Below are positions 9,118-18,623 of a stretch of DNA of 64,000 nucleotides, piece after piece. The first letter of the stretch is position 1; each line of letters opens with the position of its first letter. This DNA comes from a virus. The translations under genes and the position numbers were made by a program. The notes beneath the pieces are model-generated. The model did not search any database. It was given only the letters and a program-made list of their open reading frames with translations, and was not told the DNA's origin. Location: positions 32,001 through 96,000 of IMG/VR virus record IMGVR_UViG_3300027586_000002. The stretch is one strand, 5' to 3'.

Positions 9118-11100
9118 ATGCAATACACAGAATTTAAAAAATACGCCAAGTTATATGAATCATTACATAAAAATGAGCTCAAGTTTAATATAAATTTTAT
9201 CACTATACCGAGCTACATGATTAGCGAAACGAATAATCCATGTAACACTCTAATGGTTCCGAAGTTTCTTGAAGTAGATAAGCTATCATCTATAGCTGAT
9301 ATATTTCAGAACCTGCACGCCCCTGTACCTAGAAGTTATATGGAGCTAGGCACAGCAGCTAAAAAACTTGTGTGCGGCCTGCCGATGATGACCTCCAATG
9401 CCTCCGCTGAAAAGGTAACTTCTGAACTGGCCAAAAGTCCTAATTCTCCAGTTAAATATTTTTCAGCGGCGCTGGATAAGAAATATCTCAATAACATTAA
9501 TTTATCAAGTTATGGTCTATTTGATTTTAGGCATATCTATTTAATAAAAGCACCTCCATTGGAACAAATGGAAAAGGATAAGACTTACAGGTTGTTAACT
9601 GACTCCGGAAGTAATGTAATAGCCTGTGTAGATCATAGCCATAAGCTCTATAAGTATCTAGATAAAGGGCATGTGCTTGTTTTTGCACCCGACAAAAAAG
9701 CCGAAGTTCCTTATATTGTGACCAATCAGCTTACCTTGGATGTTTGTTGTTTAATTGGGTTATATCAAATTTACTCTGATAAAATATCAGAAGTCTTACA
9801 AGATGGAATATTTCTAAGAGCCGGCGACGCAAGGATTGCTTTATTTAAAGCGGAGAAGGCTTTGCCAGATAGATTCCACACTGAGTATCAAAAGCTTAAA
9901 GCCGGTATACTTAAAGATTTTGAGAACAGTGCTCAAGCTATAACACTTAACAAGCTTCAAAGAGGTGAGTTAACCGATATAGTTCTTAATGACATCAAGA
10001 TTAGAAAAAACAAAGTTGAATACGAAAACGTTTCAATTGAGTCAGACTTGCTAGGAGAAAATGTCTTTAATAAGCTGGATGGTACAGCGCAGTTCAACAT
10101 ATACGACATTCTTACTATCCTTGCCAATGACACTGAAAACTGGCTTGGAACTCGTCCAACAACTAATCATATAGGTGAAAATGGTAGAATGAATCAAGCT
10201 ATGCGCTTTGACAAAAACTATTCCAGGACTATTAAAGTCAATGGAATGGAAATAGTGGCCTCTGTCAAAGATACCTGTTCTGCACGTTATGTTAATGGAA
10301 TAAGAATCAATCATAACGAAATAGCTAGGGTTCTTAACAGGGCTACATGCTATCATGATATTAACCAGTATAATTTGTTTCTAAAAGAAGTGAATAAACT
10401 TTCATTGGCTGCACACGACCTCTTGATAAACGGCCAGACTGTAAAGCTAAACCAATCCGCATATGATGACTACCATGCAGCTAAGGGTGGTGTATCACAG
10501 CCTAAGTTCAAATATAGCAGAGGCAACGATGGTGAATATCTATTACATGTTGGAGACAATGATAAAGTTAAACTACATAGGTTTGTAACTTTCCTTCATG
10601 ACATAGCAGCATTAAACCTCAAAGCTAATAATGGCTATATAGGATATGGTCATCCTGACCAAAATGAGTTTAAACACAGGGATGCAAATTGGTTAAAAGC
10701 CAAAATAACAACTCTTATATTACACCACTCGGTTAAGTCACAAAAAGATAACCCAACTATAAAAATACCTGATTTTAAAGATTACTTTAAATGGATTAAA
10801 GACACCCAGGCTCTAGCCGAACTAAAGGCTAAGAAACTTTTAGAAGACACTATGCTCATGGTTGGTGCAACCCATGCCTATCAGGGAGATATGGAAGGCT
10901 ATGAAGTTAAAGGCAACATTAAAACATATTTTATAGATAAGAAGACTAACCGTGTATTTGATACCAAATCAAAGCAAAACATCTGCATCGTCAATGGCAA
11001 GGCCGAGATGGGAATAGGGGCTGACGCAGTTGTCGCATTACTACTTGCTTTGAAGAATGACAGCAGGAGAGTAGACGCGATACAAACATTGAAATTATGA
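9118..11100 (+). CDS. 660-aa protein of Ubl cluster; candidate E2-like/ligase with C-terminal ICIV cysteine
   Basis: Between Ubl and JAB, overlaps JAB start (ATGA); 'QNICIV...D..VALLLAL.ND'. Confidence 0.5.
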   Translation: MQYTEFKKYAKLYESLHKNELKFNINFITIPSYMISETNNPCNTLMVPKFLEVDKLSSIADIFQNLHAPVPRSYMELGTAAKKLVCGLPMMTSNASAEKVTSELAKSPNSPVKYFSAALDKKYLNNINLSSYGLFDFRHIYLIKAPPLEQMEKDKTYRLLTDSGSNVIACVDHSHKLYKYLDKGHVLVFAPDKKAEVPYIVTNQLTLDVCCLIGLYQIYSDKISEVLQDGIFLRAGDARIALFKAEKALPDRFHTEYQKLKAGILKDFENSAQAITLNKLQRGELTDIVLNDIKIRKNKVEYENVSIESDLLGENVFNKLDGTAQFNIYDILTILANDTENWLGTRPTTNHIGENGRMNQAMRFDKNYSRTIKVNGMEIVASVKDTCSARYVNGIRINHNEIARVLNRATCYHDINQYNLFLKEVNKLSLAAHDLLINGQTVKLNQSAYDDYHAAKGGVSQPKFKYSRGNDGEYLLHVGDNDKVKLHRFVTFLHDIAALNLKANNGYIGYGHPDQNEFKHRDANWLKAKITTLILHHSVKSQKDNPTIKIPDFKDYFKWIKDTQALAELKAKKLLEDTMLMVGATHAYQGDMEGYEVKGNIKTYFIDKKTNRVFDTKSKQNICIVNGKAEMGIGADAVVALLLALKNDSRRVDAIQTLKL

Positions 11101-11612
11101 CTGAATCATTAAAGCTAGCATTAGACGAAGCCATGGCCTACGCCGCCCCATTTATAGAAATGGAGTGCGGCGGGGTCATACTTAAATCAAAAGAAGCAGA
11201 GGAGTATAAGTTCATCCCACTTCTTAATAAGCATAAAGACACAGCTAAATCAGCCGGGCTTTATGAAGTAGACAGAACAGACTTTGGTAAACAAGTTATA
11301 CCCTTACTAACATCTGGATATAATAACTACGCAAGCTTTCATACACATCCTATTGGGTGTGATACCAATCCAAGCTCCATAGATTTTACAAAACTGTTTA
11401 AAGGATTTCCAACCAATTTTATATTCTCGCCATCAACTAAAGCCTTGAGCCAATATGATTTTGTCCCTGGTACTACCATGGAGGAGATTTTTGGTAGCGG
11501 CAAAGGTGGGGAAAATACCTTATTGTTTGTTGAAAATTTAGAAGATAAGTTAGATGGACCTAAAATTGAATCGGCTTGGAACTTAACTAAACTACGCAAT
11601 GAGCAAACTTAA
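11097..11612 (+). CDS. JAB/MPN+ (JAMM) metallo-isopeptidase
   Basis: ECGG...FHTHP......PSSID = E-HxH-S-D JAMM motif. Confidence 0.85.
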   Translation: MTESLKLALDEAMAYAAPFIEMECGGVILKSKEAEEYKFIPLLNKHKDTAKSAGLYEVDRTDFGKQVIPLLTSGYNNYASFHTHPIGCDTNPSSIDFTKLFKGFPTNFIFSPSTKALSQYDFVPGTTMEEIFGSGKGGENTLLFVENLEDKLDGPKIESAWNLTKLRNEQT

Positions 11613-12192
11613 AATAGCAATAGCTGGAGCAGGAGGCATTGGTGGCTATGTGGCAGGTCAATTATATGAATACGGGCTTAACCGTAGGCAATTTGATTTT
11701 GCTGGCATGGACATAACTGTGTATGACGACGACACAGTTGATGCCTCCAATCTTTTACACCAGAACTTCTCAGAAGCTGATCTGGGGCAAAAAAAAGCGA
11801 AATTGATTGCCGACCGGTATTATCTAACAGCAGAGCTTAACAGAATGACCGTAGAGGACTTTGCTAAGTATGATGTGATATTTTGTTGTGTAGATAATAT
11901 GGTATTCAGGAAAAAGCTTTATGAGTATGGTTGGGCTCACCCTAATAATATTTTCTGGATTGATGGGCGTTGCTCCAGCCGAAATATAGGGTTGTTCAAC
12001 TCACAACTAGGCAGGAATGAACTTTCATCTGAGTTAAATGATAGCGTTGCTTCTGGAGGATGCCTATTGGCTCATGATAAAGAGGCCAAAGTTTCACATG
12101 TTACGCCCTTGACAATCGCCAGCATGATGACGCAAGCTTTCTTGAATTACTTGCGTAAGGAAGGTACTGGCAAAGTAAAATTATATCTATAA
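11599..12192 (+). CDS. ThiF/MoeB/E1-like adenylyltransferase
   Basis: GAGGIGG, DDDTVDASNLLHQ, CVDN...R, WIDGR, GGC. Confidence 0.9.
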   Translation: MSKLKIAIAGAGGIGGYVAGQLYEYGLNRRQFDFAGMDITVYDDDTVDASNLLHQNFSEADLGQKKAKLIADRYYLTAELNRMTVEDFAKYDVIFCCVDNMVFRKKLYEYGWAHPNNIFWIDGRCSSRNIGLFNSQLGRNELSSELNDSVASGGCLLAHDKEAKVSHVTPLTIASMMTQAFLNYLRKEGTGKVKLYL

Positions 12193-12476
12193 TGATTGGA
12201 ACATTGGCTAGTAACAACAAAGCCATTTTAGAGAAGATCTTGATGAAAAAGTTGAGCCTTATAGCGAAAGCTGTGGGGCTCAACCTTCCAGAATGGGATA
12301 TTGATAAATCTCTTTATCTTGCAATAAGAAAGTCTAATAAGTTGACTAGTGCTGCAATAACGTGTATTGAATACAGTGCAATTATTGAAGCCGCAACATT
12401 GATGAAATTAAAAATAAATCCGAACTTTTACTGGTTTAACAATCTAGAACAGTTCAATAACACAAAAAATAAATAA
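12192..12476 (+). CDS. hypothetical protein
   Basis: Coupled to ThiF stop (TAATG). Confidence 0.55.
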   Translation: MIGTLASNNKAILEKILMKKLSLIAKAVGLNLPEWDIDKSLYLAIRKSNKLTSAAITCIEYSAIIEAATLMKLKINPNFYWFNNLEQFNNTKNK

Positions 12477-12477
12477 T

Positions 12478-13482
12478 ATGGCAATAATTAAACCGTCTTT
12501 GAATTTCGAGGGCAGCGATCTATCCAGCTTCAATGCTGGCTCAATTGTAAGATCTGACGTCCCGACCATAGACTTTAAAACAGAGAAAGCCAAGCAAGGG
12601 CTGTATCTCTATATTCTTCCACCTTATAAATTAGACGCTGCTGGGAATGGCGTATGGTTTAAAGTGGTAAAAATTCGTGATAACTTTGGTATTGATATCA
12701 AAGAGAAATTCCCAGTTCAGAAAAACTGCCCTGTTGAGTTCTTTGAAAATAAGGTAAAGTTACTTTTCCCAGATTATGCAAGAGTCGACAAGATCGTCAA
12801 AGATGGTCGCGATATCAAGCAGTATCCTTCGTATGGTAGAACGACGAAGAGAGTTATATTCAACGCAGCATATTATGACGCGTTTGAAAAGGGCGCTCAC
12901 GTTTTGGATATACCGCAATCAGGTGCGGCTGAAGTTATCGACAATTTTCACCGCAGAGTGGGTCCGAGTGGTAAGCTAACCCAAATGGTGAATGATCCCA
13001 GTGGTGCTGCTGCGTTGTTCTTCAGGTTGAAGCCGGCTGCGGAGAGCAAGGGCAATCCGTGGGAAGTAATCATCCAGTCCAATGAGCGTTCAGCTTTACC
13101 AACTGAGTTGTCAGACAGCGAATACCTACATGACCTTGATGATGTACTAGTTAAGAAGAATACTGATGAGCTTATAGAAAAACTCAGAATGTATACTCCT
13201 AATGAGATATTTGAAGCCTGCCTGAAGGGGTACAGTAAGGACTTTGTCACCAAGACAGCCATGACGTCATCGCCTAGCTGCGCGCTCCCGCCTGTATTAG
13301 AAACCTTGGCTACAAAGCCAGCTCCAGTCGGTCTCAACATACCTAAGATCAGGCGCAATGACCCCGCTCCAGTAGCACAAGAAGAAGCAGTTGAGCAGGA
13401 AGTCGTTATACCGCCGGCGTGGGCGAACACCGGCCCGGCAAGCAGGAAAGCAGCAGTTGATTTCTTGAATAAGAAAGTTTAA
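12478..13482 (+). CDS. putative gp32-like single-stranded DNA-binding protein
   Basis: ILPP, CPV, KRVIFN pattern, disordered C-tail; upstream of RecA. Confidence 0.55.
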   Translation: MAIIKPSLNFEGSDLSSFNAGSIVRSDVPTIDFKTEKAKQGLYLYILPPYKLDAAGNGVWFKVVKIRDNFGIDIKEKFPVQKNCPVEFFENKVKLLFPDYARVDKIVKDGRDIKQYPSYGRTTKRVIFNAAYYDAFEKGAHVLDIPQSGAAEVIDNFHRRVGPSGKLTQMVNDPSGAAALFFRLKPAAESKGNPWEVIIQSNERSALPTELSDSEYLHDLDDVLVKKNTDELIEKLRMYTPNEIFEACLKGYSKDFVTKTAMTSSPSCALPPVLETLATKPAPVGLNIPKIRRNDPAPVAQEEAVEQEVVIPPAWANTGPASRKAAVDFLNKKV

Positions 13483-13494
13483 CACTATTAATAA

Positions 13495-13521
13495 GATTGG
13501 CTGCCGCATAGGCAGCCAATC
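13495..13521 (+). promoter_or_regulatory. perfect hairpin between SSB-like and recA genes (no U tract)
   Basis: GATTGGCTGCC-GCATA-GGCAGCCAATC. Confidence 0.5.
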
Positions 13522-13529
13522 ATCAATAT

Positions 13530-14744
13530 ATGCCAATAGAAGAACTTATATCGTTAACAAAAAAGCAATTCGAAAAACAGAACAAGGACTCGGAGATGCA
13601 GTTCCTTTATGCCAAGGATGAACCTCCGGCATCAGGGCTGGTGATTGATAACCCACAACTAGAGTATATACTTGATAGACGGTTTCTGGCTTACGGTAGA
13701 TGCTACTTGTTCTATGGTAAAAAAGGTGCATCTAAAACCAGCTTGTTCTTAGATATAGCTAAAGCTTTTCAAAAACAAGGTGGTGATGTTATATGGATAG
13801 AAACAGAACATGCCATTGACCTTGATTTTGCCAAGAAACAGGGAGTCAATTTAGACAAGTTAGTATTGCTTCATCCTTCATCATTGGAAGAAGCTTTAAG
13901 CTTGGCTGAACAGATTGTTAGAAACATGCCTAAGGCTTATCCTGATGGCAATACACCGGTACTCATATGTCTGGACTCAATAGCTGGGTCAGTTACTGAG
14001 TATGAGGTAGATACATCACACAGCGTAAGAGACGTAAAACCAGGTGAGCATGCCAGGCTATTAAGCAGGTTCTATCGTGAGTTTGAAAGACCGCTTGCAA
14101 AGGAGCGTTGTATATTCTTAGCCCTAAACCAGCTTAAAGTATCTATAGGTGGCTTTGGAGGGTTTGGTGAAGAACCACCGGAATCCATGATTGGTGGCGA
14201 GGCTCCTAGATTTCATTCTACTTACCAGCTTAAGATAGTTAGGACTAAAGATCTGACTTACGAAACTGACAAGCATGAAAAGATTAAGATAGGTTCAAGA
14301 CACCAGATTACCTGCAAGCGTAACAAGCTTGGTAAAGAAGGTAATTCACAGAATGTAGAATTCGATTTGTATATCGACGGCGGCATTGACTGGTACGGTC
14401 CATTGGTTCGAAGAACAGCTAAATTCTATCCTGAAGTTATTAGTTCAGGAGGGGCAGGCTGGTATAATTGGAATGTACCGAACATTCATTATACTACTGG
14501 TGAAGGCGGCAACGAGCTTATATCCACAGAAGATAACTATAGAGAGCCAGACTTAGCCAGACTTATTAGCTCCAGCCCAGAAGCTAAGGAAGTTATTAGA
14601 AAGTGTTTAAAGATACCTGATCTACCTCCAGAGAAAGTAATCGCTCAGTTAGAAGTCGCCAGGTTGTCGAAAAGAAAAACCAAGAAAAGTCTTGAAGAAG
14701 AACCTGGAGTATCTAGACTAGTCGAGGAAGATCCAAGTGAATAA
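13530..14744 (+). CDS. recA: RecA/UvsX-like recombinase
   Basis: YGKKGASKT, WIETEHAID, LDSIA, ALNQL, GGEAPRF, KRNK. Confidence 0.9.
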   Translation: MPIEELISLTKKQFEKQNKDSEMQFLYAKDEPPASGLVIDNPQLEYILDRRFLAYGRCYLFYGKKGASKTSLFLDIAKAFQKQGGDVIWIETEHAIDLDFAKKQGVNLDKLVLLHPSSLEEALSLAEQIVRNMPKAYPDGNTPVLICLDSIAGSVTEYEVDTSHSVRDVKPGEHARLLSRFYREFERPLAKERCIFLALNQLKVSIGGFGGFGEEPPESMIGGEAPRFHSTYQLKIVRTKDLTYETDKHEKIKIGSRHQITCKRNKLGKEGNSQNVEFDLYIDGGIDWYGPLVRRTAKFYPEVISSGGAGWYNWNVPNIHYTTGEGGNELISTEDNYREPDLARLISSSPEAKEVIRKCLKIPDLPPEKVIAQLEVARLSKRKTKKSLEEEPGVSRLVEEDPSE

Positions 14745-14747
14745 CTT

Positions 14748-15149
14748 ATGGGTAAACTAGGACCAACAGGATTTAGCCATCCAACTAAAACATTTAAAGA
14801 TAACTATGCAAATATCTTTGGTAAACAAGTTAAAACTATGAACAAAGTTAAGAAAGAACCAGCAGTACGCAAGACCAAACGTACAGTTGTTGAGCAATCA
14901 AAGCCCAGCAAAAGCAAAAGCATGAAAGACTCGATGGTAGCAGAGCGCGTCGTGGCTGAAAAAGTTAATTCAGCCTTGAAGCAGCGTCTCACCCCGGAGG
15001 TTATTCAAATGAGCAAGCTGACTGAAGAGCAACAGCGCAAGCTTATATTTGATACTTTTCCAGGTGACGAGCTTGGTTTGACAACAGGAAAAGTACATCA
15101 TGACGCCTACGATGCCATGAAGCCAGTCCCTGACTCAACCAAGGGCTAA
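14748..15149 (+). CDS. hypothetical basic protein
   Basis: Operon packing. Confidence 0.55.
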   Translation: MGKLGPTGFSHPTKTFKDNYANIFGKQVKTMNKVKKEPAVRKTKRTVVEQSKPSKSKSMKDSMVAERVVAEKVNSALKQRLTPEVIQMSKLTEEQQRKLIFDTFPGDELGLTTGKVHHDAYDAMKPVPDSTKG

Positions 15150-15629
15150 ATGAAAACTATAGTTGCTGCAGATAACGGAGTATCAGGGTCCTGGGCCATC
15201 GGCAGAGCTGATGGAACAGTGGAATACTATCCTACTCCAGTTAAGAAGTGCCGCAACTATACCAAGGTCGAAGCTCATTTACAAAGGATAGACGTCGACA
15301 AACTGACGGCTATCCTTTGTAAATTACCTAAAGATACACTGGTTATTCTAGAACGGCCATTAGTCAATCCCGGCAGGTTTAAAGCTACAATATCGGCTGT
15401 AAGATGCCTGGAAGCTACGTTGATAGTTCTAGAGCAACTTAAACTAAATAGCATAACTTATATCGATAGTAGACAATGGCAGGAGTCAATGCTACCAGGT
15501 GTAAAAGGAAGTGACGAATTAAAAGCCGCCTCACTTACTAAAGGTAAAGAGCTTTTTCCTAATTTAGAAATTAAAAAAGACGCCGATGCCTTGTTAATAC
15601 TGGTATGGGCAAGAAAAACAAACTTATAA
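15150..15629 (+). CDS. RuvC-like Holliday junction resolvase
   Basis: IVAADNGVSG, VILERP, WQ, DADALLI acidic residues. Confidence 0.75.
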   Translation: MKTIVAADNGVSGSWAIGRADGTVEYYPTPVKKCRNYTKVEAHLQRIDVDKLTAILCKLPKDTLVILERPLVNPGRFKATISAVRCLEATLIVLEQLKLNSITYIDSRQWQESMLPGVKGSDELKAASLTKGKELFPNLEIKKDADALLILVWARKTNL

Positions 15630-15632
15630 CAT

Positions 15633-16055
15633 ATGCCATCAGTAGTAGAATCAAAAACATTGTTTTATAAAGCAGGCGCAAGTGATAAGTTTTATCACAC
15701 GGAACTCTATAAGGTGTCAGATCAAGAATACTATATATTTGCATTCTATGGTAGAAGACCAATGGGTAGTGTCACACCTAATGTTTCGTTTAGGCTAAAA
15801 AACCACGCGCCGCTAACCAAGCCTGCCGCTTTTCTTGTATATGAGGACTTACTTTATAGTAAGACACAGCACAATTATTATGAATCAGAAGTCCCTCCAC
15901 AAACTAATTTAGAGTACATACATCAAAAGAGCAAACTTATACGCAATGTATGGCTTAATAACGTTGGAATAAGAACAGCAGCCAAGTCCAAAGATGAAAA
16001 ATTAATGGACAAGGTTATTCTTAAAGAAGAACCATTACGTCGAATTCAAATCTAA
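15633..16055 (+). CDS. WGR-domain protein
   Basis: SDKFY...FAFYGR...K...Y; ends RRIQI. Confidence 0.6.
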   Translation: MPSVVESKTLFYKAGASDKFYHTELYKVSDQEYYIFAFYGRRPMGSVTPNVSFRLKNHAPLTKPAAFLVYEDLLYSKTQHNYYESEVPPQTNLEYIHQKSKLIRNVWLNNVGIRTAAKSKDEKLMDKVILKEEPLRRIQI

Positions 16056-16056
16056 T

Positions 16057-16521
16057 ATGGTCGTCGAGAACACCGGCACAGCAGAATATATAGTAGTACA
16101 GAAGCTGGCGTCACACTTTAAAGTAAAGAAAGATGAGCTTTACAAGGAAGTCCGACAGCAACAAGAAGAAAGAGGAGACAAGCTGGTATATGCTCCCAGT
16201 TTGTATGAAAAGTACGACTTCTTTTTTAAGCTTAGATGCATACAAGCTCCAAAGTTAAACCTGGAAGACATACTAAACTATAAGAAGTTCATAAAGACAA
16301 AGATATACCAAGACTTTGTACAATATGAGCCAGATGATAAACATTGCTTCGCAATGGCTTTGGTTCTGGTTGGTACAGTATGGCTTATATATAGAAGCAA
16401 AGAAGTTTATGATGGGTCAGGAGCTATCATCCTAAACGACTCTGAAAACTTCTATAATTCCATCCGTATAACGCCTATTCAAAACTACTTGTCAGATGAA
16501 TTCTCACACAAAGAACAATGA
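16057..16521 (+). CDS. hypothetical protein
   Basis: Operon packing. Confidence 0.55.
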   Translation: MVVENTGTAEYIVVQKLASHFKVKKDELYKEVRQQQEERGDKLVYAPSLYEKYDFFFKLRCIQAPKLNLEDILNYKKFIKTKIYQDFVQYEPDDKHCFAMALVLVGTVWLIYRSKEVYDGSGAIILNDSENFYNSIRITPIQNYLSDEFSHKEQ

Positions 16522-17749
16522 CCCAGTTTTAGATATACAGAGATTCCTTTTTAATGGAGGAACTCTGGACCAGCTTAGAGAACAATATAAGTTAATAATA
16601 GTTGAACATGAAGATGGTAGAGTAATGTTTAATTATGATCAGATAGACTCTCCAAGAGGTGAAATGATATGCCAGGAATCTAGAGGGCTTATCTTGGAGA
16701 AAGGAACATGGGAACTAGTATCGCTAGGCTTTCATAGATTTTTCAACTCAGAAGAACTACCCTATGCGCACACACTTGATTTTAATTCTCAAGTAAGGGC
16801 TTTTCCAAAGATTGATGGTTCTTATGTATCAATGTATTACTATAAGGGCCAATGGAGGTTTTCTACTAGAGGTAGCATTGACGCATCTGGCAGTGTCGGA
16901 GACTTTCCGTTTACGTTTAAAGAGCTAATAGATAGCGTAAAGCCTAGTAACTTTACAGACTATTCATTACAAACTTCCGTAGATTTTACTTATATATTTG
17001 AGCTAGTCTCTCCGTATAACAAGATAGTGACCCCATATGAAAAGGCTGAGCTTATACTTATAGGGGCCAGAAAAGTAAGAGACACAGAATATTCATTGGC
17101 TGTTCCTATAGGCTTTGAGCTAGATTATAAATCACTCGGAGCAATAGCTATATATTTTGGCGTAAAGTTCTATGAAGGGGTAGACATATCTAATCTACTT
17201 GCGGTCATTAATCTTATAGCAAACATTAAGCCTACAGACGAAGGGTTTGTTGTGGTAGAACAGACTAACTCTGTAAGAGGGTTTAGAAGAGTTAAAATGA
17301 AGAACGCCTCATATGTAGCCCTTCATCATTTAAAGTCATCTGATGGTTGCAAGAATTTAGCTGTCATACTACAGAAGGATGAAGACTCAGAGGTAGCCTC
17401 CCTGTTACCAGAACTTAAGCAGCTATTAGATACAGCTAGAAATAAAATAGAACAATTAATTGTAGTATTAAATAATCAGTATGAGCTGGCCAACCACGTA
17501 GCAGATAAGGAGTTGGAGCCTAGAGCTAAGAGGAAAATATTTGCTGAGAATGCTCTAACATCTGCTGTTCCTGGTTTTCTATTTGAAAAGTATAATAAAC
17601 CAGCGCTAGGGTTTAGAGAGATAATTAGAACAGCGCAACCTGATAAGATAGCAGAGTTGATAGGGCTAAAAAACATAAAGCTATCTGTGTTTAATCAGAA
17701 GCAGGAGCGCACCCTCCCTCCCGCCCCACCGACCCCCATAGCTAGCTAG
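16496..17749 (+). CDS. RNA ligase 1 (T4 Rnl1-like)
   Basis: ESRGLI, RFFN, motif I KIDGS, FELVSP.NKIV, EGFVV, RVKMKN.Y. Confidence 0.85.
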   Translation: MNSHTKNNDPVLDIQRFLFNGGTLDQLREQYKLIIVEHEDGRVMFNYDQIDSPRGEMICQESRGLILEKGTWELVSLGFHRFFNSEELPYAHTLDFNSQVRAFPKIDGSYVSMYYYKGQWRFSTRGSIDASGSVGDFPFTFKELIDSVKPSNFTDYSLQTSVDFTYIFELVSPYNKIVTPYEKAELILIGARKVRDTEYSLAVPIGFELDYKSLGAIAIYFGVKFYEGVDISNLLAVINLIANIKPTDEGFVVVEQTNSVRGFRRVKMKNASYVALHHLKSSDGCKNLAVILQKDEDSEVASLLPELKQLLDTARNKIEQLIVVLNNQYELANHVADKELEPRAKRKIFAENALTSAVPGFLFEKYNKPALGFREIIRTAQPDKIAELIGLKNIKLSVFNQKQERTLPPAPPTPIAS

Positions 17750-17865
17750 TCTTAAGGCAGGTATAATACTATGGTGAAAGGCTAACTGCCTGACCATGTT
17801 TATACCTGTGTACCTTCAGGCATGAACATCTACAACGACAAAGGTAGAAGTGAGAGCAAAAAGTT

Positions 17866-18486
17866 ATGAAAAAAATCATTGTAAAGTTGTTGGCGTGGTG
17901 GCAGACACAGTTCTTGCGGCCCGCGTGGGATGAGGCCGACCGTCTCGAGAAGGTCTCCGCCGACGCCGCCACCCTTGCGGCCGAGAAAAAGCCCGACGAG
18001 CCCAAGGCCGACGAGAAGAAAAAGGACAAGAAGGAAAACGCCGAGAAGAAGGACGACGAGAAGAAGGTGACTCACACTCACTACGTCGCGGACCTTGACC
18101 GCCGTGGTTCGCTGGCGGTCGCGGTAGTGGTTCTGGTTCTGCTGGCTTCGGTCGCCTGGTTCGGCGGCCGGGAGATAGTCAGGATCGGGAGCGAAGAATT
18201 GCAGAAGGAATGGCAGAAAGCCTTCCCCACCACGGCGCCTAAGAAATCCCAGCCGGTGGTGAAAGTGCTCCCCGCCGCGCCAAGACCGCCGCTGCCCTAT
18301 AAGGGCAACCTGGCGGAGACGGTAGGATTCTTCGCAGCACGTCGCATTGACGCAGCCACGGCCAAGATGGCGCGGCTGGAGGGATGGAGCCGCATGCCAG
18401 ATAAATCATTCGCCGCCGGCCGATGGGTAGCATGGGCGGGCGGCGAAGTGGTCACGTATGACTACGTGGCCCAGAAATGGGAGTGA
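17866..18486 (+). CDS. GC-rich membrane-anchored hypothetical protein
   Basis: One TM segment (LAVAVVVLVLLASVAWF), K/E/D-rich tract; visibly higher GC than flanks. Confidence 0.65.
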   Translation: MKKIIVKLLAWWQTQFLRPAWDEADRLEKVSADAATLAAEKKPDEPKADEKKKDKKENAEKKDDEKKVTHTHYVADLDRRGSLAVAVVVLVLLASVAWFGGREIVRIGSEELQKEWQKAFPTTAPKKSQPVVKVLPAAPRPPLPYKGNLAETVGFFAARRIDAATAKMARLEGWSRMPDKSFAAGRWVAWAGGEVVTYDYVAQKWE

Positions 18487-18506
18487 CGGTGGAGTAGAAA
18501 TGTTAA

Positions 18507-18540
18507 AGAGTGGCACCTGGGAAAACCTGGGTGCCACTCT
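18507..18540 (+). terminator. GC-rich hairpin closing the 17866 cassette
   Basis: AGAGTGGCACCTGGG-AAAA-CCTGGGTGCCACTCT. Confidence 0.55.
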
Positions 18541-18623
18541 GACTTATATAAATCAATTTTGATTAAAGAGCTAACTTTACTTTAGCTATTAGCTATTTAT
18601 ATTTTAAACCAGTAGTAATTTTT

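Noticed and set aside
11599-12192. ThiF as thiamine/molybdopterin biosynthesis gene
   Set aside because: No thiG/thiS/moa context; adjacent JAB and Ubl favour conjugation, though sulfur transfer is not excluded
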